This document shows positions 28,319-38,127 of a stretch of 64,000 bases of DNA, piece after piece. This DNA is from a virus (taxonomy: Duplodnaviria; Caudoviricetes). The translations under genes and the position numbers were made by a program. The DNA is taken from positions 37,653 to 101,652 of IMG/VR virus record IMGVR_UViG_3300049012_000071, one strand, 5' to 3'. Within the stretch, counting starts at the first letter, position 1. Each line of letters starts with the position of its first letter. The notes below the pieces were generated by a model. That model ran no database searches and was not told the origin of the DNA. It saw only the letters and a list, made by a program, of their open reading frames with translations.

Positions 28319-31300
28319 ATGAAGCGTTCGCCCTACCGCCCCACGCCGCCTGTGCCTCCGCTGCTGGTGTGGCCGCGTGTCGCTCTGGCTGCCTACGATC
28401 TCGGCCGCGCCATCCGTCGCCACGGACCGTCCCGTCGAGCGCGCGTCATCTTCGGCACCGGGCTGCTCCTCGGCGCCGTCGCCGGGGCGCTTGCTGTCCG
28501 CCCCGCGCGCCGCTGCTACCTCGAGCGCGTCGGCTCCGGCGTGGCGCTCGTGGCGGATGCGCCGCTGTGGCCGGACCGGGAGATCGCCTACCTGCCGCGC
28601 GTGGACAAGGCGTTCGAGCTAGCGCGGCGCGTGGGATGCGAGGTGAGGCCGTGACGGTCGACGCGCACGGCCCCACGCTCGACGAACTCGCGGCCATGCC
28701 GCCGCAGCTCTCCAGGCTGCTCTTCGGAGTGGAGGTGTCCCGCGTGTTCGACGACGCCGTCCTGCTCCGGTACGACTCGGCAGGAGGCGCCGCTGCCGGC
28801 CTCGCTGAGGCGGTGTGCTCTGCCAGCGCCGTGGGCCTGGAGCCCCGCCGACCACGCACGGCGCTCGGGAGCGGGGTGGTTACGGCCGATGGCTACGGCC
28901 CGCGGCGCGCCGCGGCGGTTGAGGTCCGCGCTGCGAGCGCGCGACCGTGCTGGCGGATCACGGCTCCATCCGGGCGGGCGTGGTACGTCGCCGACGACGC
29001 CTTCGTGTACCTTGGGTTGCCGGGCTCGTTCAAGCTGGAGCGCGTGGCCGCTCCTCTGGTGTTCGAGGTGAGGCCGTGACGGCCACGAACCTGCGGATCG
29101 GTCCTCTCTGCGCTCACGTCGGCGACGGCATCTACTGGGCTCGCCTGTGGGAGCGTGGTCCGGGGCTCCATGTGAAGGACAGGTCCAGGCACCCACTTCT
29201 CTTCAGCGGGCGCGGTGTGCGGGTTGGCCGGTGGCAGCTGCGCGTGCTGGGGATGGCGACACCGTCGCCGCGAGGAGAACGGGATGGGCAAGATCCGTAT
29301 TGAAGTCCGCGGCCCCGAGGCCGACGTCAACGAGGTGGTGCGCTGCATTCGCGCGTGGAGCATCGACGGGTGGGAGGTCAATGGCGTCCCGCCAGCGACG
29401 CCGTCGTCGCGCCGCCTGACGCGCCTAGGCGCATTCTACGACGGTCTGATGGTTGGCGTTCTCGGTCTGACGGCGTGGACCTCGCTGCGTCAGGACTACC
29501 TCGACGGCTACATCGCCACCGTCCGAGCTGGGTGGGCCGACTGGCGCTACACGGTGCCGCTCGCGATCGTGGCACTGGTCGCGTGCCTCGTCGTTGGTGT
29601 CGGCACGATGCGCCGGGCGCGCGCGGCCGACTCGGTGGAGCGGTGACGAAGCGATGACCGTCCCCTGCCCGCACACGCCGCCGCACCCGCACGACCTCCG
29701 CCCCTGCGAGCCGTGCAGCCACTGCAACGCGCCGGCGGGCGTCTGGTGCGCGCCGCGCTGCCCGCGAAAGCTGGAGCGCACGGGCGTCTCGCACGGCAAC
29801 GCGGGGCCGGAGCGGTGGCCGGCGGAGTGGTTCCGGAGGCCGGCGGCAGCCGAGGCGCCGGCGGTCGTGACGTTCCGCACGGCGGACGGCGTCGAGCTCG
29901 GCAGCGTGGTGGCCGACGTCCTGGAAGAGCATCTGTGCGGCGGTGGCGCGGGCGGAGGCGGAGGCGAGAGCCGATGAGCAACGAGAAGGCCCGCATCGCG
30001 GTCAACAGCGTGGCGCCGCCGGGCGCGGTGGAGCTCAAGGTGGCGGTCAAGGAGGCTGGCTGATGAGAAGCGTCGAAGACGTGACGCAGCGAGCGCTTGC
30101 CGGCGGGCGCTGGTGCGCGCCGGACTTGCGTGAGCTTCGGGCGCGCGGGTACGACACAGGCGCGGAGCCCGTCTATTGCTGGTTCGGCCTGTGCTGCTTC
30201 ATGGCCGGCGAGCCGTACGTGATCTGGGACGACCACAGCACGACCAGTGTCAGCGAGATCGCCGACCCCGCCGGCGGGTGGGAGCCCATCGGCGATGACG
30301 TGACTCCGGTTGACCCGCCGCCTGTGGGCACGAAGCGCTGGCTGGAGGCGCTGGCGGCGAGCTGCACCGGGGTAGCGGCAACGGCGCGGAACCTGTGCCC
30401 AGGGACCGTGCTTGTTGAGCTGGCCGGCGAGCCTCGCCCCGACAGCGTGGGCGCCTTCGTCCTCCAGGCGACGCAGTGGTGCAAGGTCGCGATCGAGATC
30501 CGGTGGACGGAGAAGAGAGACGTCTTCGATGCAAGCTGACCTCGAAGCCGAGCTGATGCGCCGGGTCCACGACGGGGAGTTCGCGCGCGACGTCATCGGA
30601 GACCTGCTGGCCCGCGGCGCCATCGCGAGCCCGAAGCAGGGCTGGCGCACGCTGGAGAAGTGGTGCGACAAGGGCTGGTACAACTTCGGCGTGTCGCTCG
30701 ACCTGGGCTGGATGACCGAGAAGGCGCCGTGCGGGAGGTCGGTGGTGCGGGAGCTTCCTGCGTGGCTCGCACCGGCTCCGTCTGGGCACGCATCGGCGAA
30801 GGTGCCGCAGGAACCGGCGAAGAGCCCGGCGGAGTGGCGGGAGATCATCGAGCAGCAGCTGAAGGAGCTCGGAGGCGAGTCCGTCGTCGGGCCGCCGCTG
30901 CTGCGGGAGCTGACGTTCAGCCTCGCTCCGGCGCCGCTGCCGGAGCAACCAGCCGAGAGGAAGCTGGCGATCACGGTGCTCGTGGTGGGCGGAGCTGGCG
31001 CCGGCGAGAAGACGGCATGAGCGGCGCGCGGTGGCGTGGCGAGATATCATGAGAGCGGAGGAGCGATGACGGAACAGGAAGAGAACGCGTACCTCAGAGG
31101 CGAGCGCGCGGCGCTGGTGCGCATCATGACGGAGTGCGCGCGCCAGCTCGGCTACGAGGACCCGCTGGCGAAGGCGGCGTTCCTGATCGAACAGATCGAA
31201 TCCGCCAAGGCCAAGCTGCGCGAAGCCTGCGAGGAGTTCGGCGATCCTGACTTCGAGGACGATCTGCACCTGGCCGACATCATCGACAACCACCTACTCG

Positions 31301-32366
31301 ACCACCTTCGAAGCGAGGAGGAGGGCGGCGGATGACTCACTGCGTGACGACCGAGGATGACGTGCAGGTGTGCGGCTTCACGGGCGAGGCGCCGCGCGTC
31401 GGGGAGACCATCATGGCCTTCGGCGGGGACAACCGATCGTTTCGAGGGAACTGGACGGTTACTCGCGTCATGTGGGTCATGCATCCGGAAGAGTCGCGGC
31501 GCGCGGTTGCGCACGTGAGCGTCGCGCCTGCGGACGATGCGGCGGCGTCGTGGCTGGAGTCGGAGCGGCGGGCGAGGAAGTGATGAGCGACCGAGAGCAG
31601 GGCATGGATGCGAGGGTGCGCGAGTGGATGGAGTCGCTGCGGCCGATGGCGGGGGACCACCCGCGCGTCACCGTGGTGCCGCTGCCGCCCGGCGCGCACG
31701 TAGAGGATGGCAAGTTGGTGCTGACGGCGTCCGTGTCGGTGCGCACGATGGAGGCGAAGTGAGCAACAAGCAGGCGGCGGACCCGATGCGGGAGCTCGAA
31801 GCCGAGGTCGACCGCTGGCGCGAGACGTGGGGCGCGTGGCTGCGAACGCTGTCCACGTTCGAAGCGGAGACGGACCTTGCCCGCGCGAACGAACTGGCGA
31901 CAGAGGTGGCGCGCGGGATGCCCTTCGCCGTGAACTCCAGGCTCGCATACCTCCGCCTGCTCCCGCTGGACATGCGGCGGCGTGAACTGGAGGCGACGAG
32001 CGCGCGCTTCAAGTTTGCGGTCGAGCTGGCCGCTCTGACCGACGCGGTAGAAGCGCATGCGGCTGCCGGGGTACCGCCAGCGAAGGGCGTGGAGGAGCGA
32101 TGAGCGACGACAGGATCCTCGAAGCGGCTAAGGACTTCATGCGCGCCTACATGGGTGATGGGCGCGTGCGGCAGCCAGGAGCGTTCGACGAGGAGATCAT
32201 GGGCAGGCCGAGCACCGTTGATCTCGCGATGATGCGGCTGCCTGCGTGGAACGCGAGCATCTTCTGCAAGGCTCTGGGCGAGTTGGCGCGGACCGGTGAA
32301 GTGCGCGCGTGGCAGGGAGACGACGGGCAGTGGTTCTACCAGATGCCAGGCGTGCCCGTCTCATAG
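28319..32366 (+). other. array of 13 translationally coupled small hypothetical CDSs (28319-28654, 28651-29079, 29076-29303, 29284-29646, 29654-29977, 29974-30063, 30063-30539, 30529-31020, 31066-31335, 31332-31583, 31583-31762, 31759-32103, 32100-32366)
   Basis: Mostly ATGA/GTGA/TGATG overlaps with GAGG RBSs; no family recognised. Confidence 0.6.
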
Positions 32367-32455
32367 CCCTGACAGCACAACGCCCGCCACCTCGGCCAAG
32401 GTGACGGGCGTCTCGGGGCGAGCGGGGAAGCAGCGACCTGGAAAGGCACTGAACG

Positions 32456-33025
32456 ATGAGAAGTTTGTTTGAACTGCACGAAGTGTGGAACCAACAGGCG
32501 GAAGCCAGGGTGGCCGCGCTCCACGCCAGGAGAGAGGCCGATATCGCCGCCCGTGCAGCGGCCAGGCGGGCCAGCAAGGCACGCATGAAGGACATGGCCG
32601 ATGCCGAGACCCATCGGGAGGCGCTTCGCTTCTGGGCACTCGGCGCCGAGGCGATCGGAGAGCTGGTCTACTCGTCGCCCACGCACGTGAGGCTCCTCGC
32701 CGAGCGGCTCCGGAACGGCCTTTTCCACGCCGGGAAGTCGGTGGTGTACTTCATTGGCGCAGACCGAGCCGACGCGCCTGTCAAGATCGGAACCACGGTC
32801 GTGCTGGGCAAGCGCCTGGGCGAGATTCAGATCAACACGCCGGAGACCCTCCGGGTTCTCGCGGTGATCCCCGGCGATGCATCGATCGAGCGCGTGCTCC
32901 ACGGCGTCTTCGCGCGTGATCGTGTCCGAGGCGAGTGGTTTCGGCGCTCACCCGTCATCGTCGACTTCATCGAACGCCTAAACCGCGGGCCCAAGCCGGA
33001 GCAGAAGAAGGCGCGGCGCAGGTAG
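32456..33025 (+). CDS. T5orf172/GIY-YIG-like domain protein
   Basis: VVYFIG...PVKIG...RL.EIQ..TPE.L...ERVLH.VF...RGEWF. Confidence 0.8.
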   Translation: MRSLFELHEVWNQQAEARVAALHARREADIAARAAARRASKARMKDMADAETHREALRFWALGAEAIGELVYSSPTHVRLLAERLRNGLFHAGKSVVYFIGADRADAPVKIGTTVVLGKRLGEIQINTPETLRVLAVIPGDASIERVLHGVFARDRVRGEWFRRSPVIVDFIERLNRGPKPEQKKARRR

Positions 33026-33142
33026 TCGCAGACAGCGACGCCCGCCCCCGTTGGCAGCGAGGGCGGGCGTATCGGGCCGCCGGGTGAGGTGGTCCCACCG
33101 ACCTAATACCACGACGGACTGGTGCCGTCGAGGAGGCTGCGA

Positions 33143-33919
33143 GTGGGACGTATCCAGAAGACGCGGGGCCCAGCGGACCGCTTAGCCGACGACCTTCGCT
33201 GGTACTTCTGCAACTCCGAGAGCGAACTCGGGCTGCGCTCGTCCTTCGGGGCGTTCGTGGATCTCTCGATGTCCGGCGTTCAGCCTGGCGGTCGCTCCAA
33301 CGGGGCCGAGGACCGCGCCGTCGCCATCGTCGACAGGCTGCACAAGCCAACGGAGGCGCACCGCAGCGTGCGTCGCAGGGTTCAGGCCCTCGGCGCCAGA
33401 TCCCCTCGGCTGGTCGACGTGCTCTTCGCCGCTTACGGTCCGACAGACTGGGGACGTGTCGCCGATGCCGCGTTCGGCCGCGGGACGGGGGAGAGGCTGG
33501 CGAAGGCTCTCGGGTCCGACCGGGTCGGTGTGGCCTTGCTGACCGAGCGTCTGGCGCGCGCCCACGCGGAGTGGCCGACGCCGCCGGCGGGACGACCGCC
33601 GACGCCAGGCATGGTCCTCCGCGCCATGGTCGTTGTGGCGTACCCCAACCAGCTGCCGAAGGGGGCGGCGCAGCGGCGGGCGCAGGTCGAGGCGCTCCGG
33701 CGGGTCAACGCCATCCGGGACGAGGCCACCATTCTGCTCCAGCAGGCCAGGACAGAACTCCCAGAGGTGGAACGGCGGGCGCCCGCGTCTCCGGCGCCGC
33801 AGGCGTTCGTGCCCCCGGCGCTTCGTCGGAGGGCCAGGCCCGTGATGGCCTACGAGGCCCTCGTGACGGTGGTGGATTGCGCAGCCCCGTCTCGCGCCGC
33901 CGCAGCGAGGTGGATGTGA
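33143..33919 (+). CDS. hypothetical protein, possible late-gene regulator (Q-like position)
   Basis: GAGGAGG RBS; precedes the non-coding region before the head genes. Confidence 0.45.
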   Translation: MGRIQKTRGPADRLADDLRWYFCNSESELGLRSSFGAFVDLSMSGVQPGGRSNGAEDRAVAIVDRLHKPTEAHRSVRRRVQALGARSPRLVDVLFAAYGPTDWGRVADAAFGRGTGERLAKALGSDRVGVALLTERLARAHAEWPTPPAGRPPTPGMVLRAMVVVAYPNQLPKGAAQRRAQVEALRRVNAIRDEATILLQQARTELPEVERRAPASPAPQAFVPPALRRRARPVMAYEALVTVVDCAAPSRAAAARWM

Positions 33920-34284
33920 CGGAGCCCCTTGCCGCGACCGACCCGGCGGACAAGCCGTTCCGCGTTTTCCGCGGGTGGGAGTCGATCGGTGGTGCCCTGG
34001 AGGTGGACTCAGACACCGCCTTCAAGTACGCCGCGCGCCCGTTTGACCCACTCCCGGTCTACTACGACCATGCCCGCCGCCCCTGCTGCCCGTGTACGGC
34101 GCTGAGAGACTGGGAGCTCCGGCAAGCGCTCCCGTTCTTCGCGTACCACGAGCTGGAGTCACGTGGCCGGCTTCCGGCCCAGATCACGGAGGACCCGTCG
34201 CGGCAGGCTGCTCGTCGCACCAAGGTGGCGCAGAGGGGGCGCGGCGGATCGAGTTCTCGGTCCGTTTCGGGTGACGCGACGTAA
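33916..34284 (+). CDS. putative HTH DNA-binding protein
   Basis: FRGWESIGGALEVDSDTAFKYA...PLPVY. Confidence 0.5.
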   Translation: MTEPLAATDPADKPFRVFRGWESIGGALEVDSDTAFKYAARPFDPLPVYYDHARRPCCPCTALRDWELRQALPFFAYHELESRGRLPAQITEDPSRQAARRTKVAQRGRGGSSSRSVSGDAT

Positions 34285-34589
34285 GCGGCTGGAATTGCCG
34301 AGCAAAACGCCGCGCACATTCGGGTGAACAAGGATTTGCGCATTTCGGTGCGCGTGGTTCATGATTCGCCTCACGCTCGCGAGACGTATCCCCGACGGGA
34401 CCTCGCGACCCTGACGCCGGCCCCGCTCCCAGCGGCAAGCCGGCGTCGCCACATCGGCGCCAGGCCTGCGCCACTCCCCCGGCTGGTTCGGGGCAAGGGG
34501 ACCCGTGTCCTCGGGTCGCTATCGGCCGCGGCTGACGCTCTGGGGCGGCGGCGCGGCAAACCACGTCAGCCCCACATCCACCGAAGCTC

Positions 34590-34868
34590 ATGCCGAAGAA
34601 GTCGATCTCGAACATCGTCCGCTCCATGAGCGATGCCGCCGTGGCGGCCGGCGCTCGCGCCCTCAGCGACAAGGACCTCGCTACGGCCATCCGCCGCGGC
34701 TCCAAGGCGCTCCATGGGAAGGTGCTCCCCGCCGTCATGGGCGAGGCCCTGCGTAAGGGCGAGATCGCCGTGGTCGACGGGCCCGACCTGCCGCCCGACA
34801 TCCGGAAGGCCAACAAGGCGCGGCTGGCGAAGCTCCCGAAGCGGGACCGCGACGCGCTGGCGAACTGA
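34590..34868 (+). CDS. hypothetical protein
   Basis: First gene of the late operon; GC3-rich. Confidence 0.6.
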   Translation: MPKKSISNIVRSMSDAAVAAGARALSDKDLATAIRRGSKALHGKVLPAVMGEALRKGEIAVVDGPDLPPDIRKANKARLAKLPKRDRDALAN

Positions 34869-35098
34869 TGGCCATCCACGTCTGCGTCACCTGCGACGAG
34901 CCGGGCTGCAAGGCCGTTCAAAGCGCTGGGTTCGATGGCCTCGCCGAGAGCTTCGGCGACCTCGTGTCGGCCCTGCCGAGCATCGGTTGGAGCGTCGATA
35001 CGGACGGCAACAGCCGGACCGCGCGCTGCCGCTGCCCTGAGCACGCAAACGGGCTCTGTCTCGACGTCGCCGCGACGGTGGCCGCCACTTCTCCCTGA
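34868..35098 (+). CDS. small Cys-containing protein
   Basis: CDEPGC...GW...CPEH. Confidence 0.55.
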   Translation: MAIHVCVTCDEPGCKAVQSAGFDGLAESFGDLVSALPSIGWSVDTDGNSRTARCRCPEHANGLCLDVAATVAATSP

Positions 35099-35119
35099 AC
35101 GACCCCTGGAGACATCCTC

Positions 35120-35791
35120 ATGAGCACGATCGGTAGCAAGGGCGCCATCCACTTCGGCGACACCGCCGCGCAGGCCGTCTCGCAGCGCTTCTACGGCGCC
35201 GTCGACGCCGAGACGGACCTCGACGACATCTCCGAGGACGTCCGCGTCGACGGGATGGTGGCCGTGGTGATGGCCGACTACTCCGTCTGGGTCTTCGACG
35301 CCGACAGCTCGGCCACGGAAGCGGCCGGCACCGTCCGGGAGCCCGCTTCCGGCGACGGCCGCTGGCATGTCGCTGTGGCCGGCGCTTCCGGCTCGGCCGG
35401 CGGCATCGCCAAGCGCACCGTGACGGTCGGCCACGCGGACCTCACGGCCGCGGCGCTCACGGAGGCGATCGACATCGGGGAGGACCTCCCGGCCAATGCG
35501 CGAATCCTCGGCGTGGCCATCAAGCTCACGACGGCGTTCTCGGGCGGCGGCGCTTCTGCGGTGAGCGTGGACATCGGCTCGAGCGGCGACGCGGACGCCA
35601 TCGTGGACGGGGCGAACCTGTTCGCGGCTGCGGTCGACGGACAGGCATCGACGCAGCCGGCCGGGATCGCCCCGAGCAAGCACTTCGCCGCGGCGACGCA
35701 GCTCACCGCGACCTTCATCTGCGACGTCAATGTGGTCGGCCTGACGGCGGGCGCGGTGACGATCGACGTGATCTACGCGGTGCTGGCGTGA
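35120..35791 (+). CDS. putative virion structural/decoration protein
   Basis: Ala/Gly/Thr-rich beta-type sequence. Confidence 0.55.
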   Translation: MSTIGSKGAIHFGDTAAQAVSQRFYGAVDAETDLDDISEDVRVDGMVAVVMADYSVWVFDADSSATEAAGTVREPASGDGRWHVAVAGASGSAGGIAKRTVTVGHADLTAAALTEAIDIGEDLPANARILGVAIKLTTAFSGGGASAVSVDIGSSGDADAIVDGANLFAAAVDGQASTQPAGIAPSKHFAAATQLTATFICDVNVVGLTAGAVTIDVIYAVLA

Positions 35792-36237
35792 CGAAGCTCC
35801 TCCCCGGCGGCCCGGTTGAGATCGACATCACGCCTTCGTGGTGGCTCAAGCAGCAGCTCTCGCTGTCGCTCTACGCCCGCGGAGCCGCCGTCCTTCACGC
35901 GCTCGCGTCTCCGGACCTGGAGGTCGAGCTGAAGGGCTGCGGAGCTGAGGTGTCCATCGGCGTCGACGGGGTGACGCTGCGCTACCAGCGGCCCGAGGCG
36001 ATGACCGACAAGGTGCTGCGCCGCCAGCGGCTCACGATCATGGGGGCGCTGGAAGATGCGCGGCCGGATGTGCTGCGCGGCGGGCACGTGGAGCTGGCGG
36101 CGCTCAGCGAGCAGATGCGGCGCAACAGCGATGTGCTCCAGCGCGTCGTCAGCTCCCCTGTCGGCGTGAAGGTTGCCAACGTGGCGTCGGCTGCGGGGTT
36201 GAACGCCGCGCAGGGCGAGCCCGCGGCCACGGCGTAG
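35788..36237 (+). CDS. hypothetical protein
   Basis: GTGA overlap. Confidence 0.55.
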   Translation: MTKLLPGGPVEIDITPSWWLKQQLSLSLYARGAAVLHALASPDLEVELKGCGAEVSIGVDGVTLRYQRPEAMTDKVLRRQRLTIMGALEDARPDVLRGGHVELAALSEQMRRNSDVLQRVVSSPVGVKVANVASAAGLNAAQGEPAATA

Positions 36238-36255
36238 CCACCACACGAGGACCCC

Positions 36256-36723
36256 ATGACCGCGACCGCACGCACTACCACCGCCCTGTCGATGACGGGG
36301 CTGTGCGTCGCCCGCGAGATCAGCGGCGTGATCGCGGCCGACAACTCGACGCTCACCGACGCCAACATCGACCCCGACGCGGCCATCAACTGCGCTGGCT
36401 TCGAGACGATCTGGGCCGGCGTCGAGGTCACCGGCGGCAGCAGCCCCACCGTGACGCTCGAGCCGCTCTTCTACGACCCGAGCGCAGCAGACGGCTCGCG
36501 CTGGTGGCGCTCCTACGTTGGCGCGGCCTCCGGCATCACCGCTATCGCGGCGCCCGTCGCCCAGGTCACGCCCGCGCTCGGCGCCGGCCAGATGGTCGAG
36601 CTCCGCGTCGACGGGCACCCCCAAGTCTACCTGCGGCGTACGGCCGTCGCGAACTCCGGGAGTACGACAGCCATGCGCATCCTCGTACGGCCCGGAAAGC
36701 AGCTGCCCCGCGTCCTCCGCTGA
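36256..36723 (+). CDS. putative virion protein
   Basis: GAGG RBS; beta-rich; immediately before portal. Confidence 0.55.
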   Translation: MTATARTTTALSMTGLCVAREISGVIAADNSTLTDANIDPDAAINCAGFETIWAGVEVTGGSSPTVTLEPLFYDPSAADGSRWWRSYVGAASGITAIAAPVAQVTPALGAGQMVELRVDGHPQVYLRRTAVANSGSTTAMRILVRPGKQLPRVLR

Positions 36724-36726
36724 TCC

Positions 36727-38127
36727 ATGGGTGTCATCACATGGCTGCGCGCGGCCGCGAGCAGGCTGACGCGGCCTGTGGCGATCGTCGACTCGCCGTC
36801 AGTCTACGACCAGAACGAGCGGATCGGCGGCTCGCTTACCCCGCAGGACGTCTCGCAGATCTACCGCGAGGCCGACACGGGCTACATGTGGCGGCTCGTC
36901 GATCTCGCCGACGAGAGCCGGCAGAAGGACTGCCACCTTCAGTCGATCCTGTTCACGCGGGAGTCCTCTGTCGCGGGGCTCGACTGGCAGATCACGCCGG
37001 CGAGCAACACGGCCAAGGACAAGAAGATCGCGGCGTGGTGCGACGAGTGGATGCGGGGCTTCGGCGCTGACGACCCGGGGCCCGAGCCGCGCGACCTGCC
37101 GAACCTCATCAGCCATCTCCAGGGCGCCGTCTACTACGGCTACGCCGTCGCGCAGATCCTCTGGGAGCGGAGCGAGGGGAAGATCATCCCTGTCGGCGCT
37201 GAGCCGGTGCACCCGCGCAGGTTCTGCTACGAGCCCGACCACGGGCGGCTGCACTTCTGGGACAACAACGGCACGGTCCCGTACCCGGGTGTCAGCCTCG
37301 TCGAGACGTACCCAGGGCACTTCATCCAGTACCAGCCCAGGCTCAACGGGGGCGTCGCGACGCGTGAAGGACTCATGCGCGTACTCCTCTGGGCCGCGAC
37401 GTTCCGCAACTGGGCTCTCTCCGACTGGCTGAAGCTCGCCGAGATCGCCTGGAAGCCGTGGCGGATCGGCAAGTACAACAAAAAGGATTCCTCCAAGGAG
37501 GACATCGCGATCCTCCTGCGCGCGTTGCGGGAGCTCTCGTCGAGCGGCGTCGCAATGCTGCCCGACTCGGTCGAGTACGCGATCGAGTGGGCGAAGGCGA
37601 GCGGAAGCGGGGGTAACGGCGGCGAGCACGCGGCGCTCTGTGCCTTCCTCGCTGCCGAGATGACGAAGGCGGTGCTCGGCGCGACGCTCGGTGTCGACCA
37701 GGGGCGCGTCGGGTCGCAGGCGCTCGGCAACGTTCACGAGCGGCGCATGTACAGCGCCTTTGAGTGGGACGCGCTCAACATCGCCTCGGTCCTCCGTCGG
37801 CAGATGATCGCCACGGCGGTCCGGAAGAACTTCGGCGTCAACGCGCGCATCCCCGGGTTCGCCTTCCTCACCGAGGACGCCGCGGACTTCGAGGCGACGG
37901 CCCGCGGGTTCCTCTACCTGCGGCAGGCGGGGCTCCGCGTGGCCGCGAAGGACCCGCGCGATCGTCTCGGTCTCTCTGAGCCGCTCGACGGCGACGAGAT
38001 GCTCGATGACGTGGCCGACGCGGCGAGGCTGCCACGCGGCGTGCATCGCGACGGCGAGGACGAGTCCGGCAAGGACGGCGGCGACAAGCAGGCCGAGAAC
38101 GACGCCGCGAAGGGCGACGACGAATGA
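36727..38127 (+). CDS. portal protein (Mu gp29/DUF935-like)
   Basis: AVYYGYAVAQILW, GLMR.LLW...W.PWRIGKY, MTKAVLG.TL, GSQALGNVHE. Confidence 0.88.
   Translation: MGVITWLRAAASRLTRPVAIVDSPSVYDQNERIGGSLTPQDVSQIYREADTGYMWRLVDLADESRQKDCHLQSILFTRESSVAGLDWQITPASNTAKDKKIAAWCDEWMRGFGADDPGPEPRDLPNLISHLQGAVYYGYAVAQILWERSEGKIIPVGAEPVHPRRFCYEPDHGRLHFWDNNGTVPYPGVSLVETYPGHFIQYQPRLNGGVATREGLMRVLLWAATFRNWALSDWLKLAEIAWKPWRIGKYNKKDSSKEDIAILLRALRELSSSGVAMLPDSVEYAIEWAKASGSGGNGGEHAALCAFLAAEMTKAVLGATLGVDQGRVGSQALGNVHERRMYSAFEWDALNIASVLRRQMIATAVRKNFGVNARIPGFAFLTEDAADFEATARGFLYLRQAGLRVAAKDPRDRLGLSEPLDGDEMLDDVADAARLPRGVHRDGEDESGKDGGDKQAENDAAKGDDE

Noticed and set aside
33100-33120. Sixth operator copy (TAATACCACGACGG)
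   Set aside because: Only a partial match, not palindromic, and no matching promoter register
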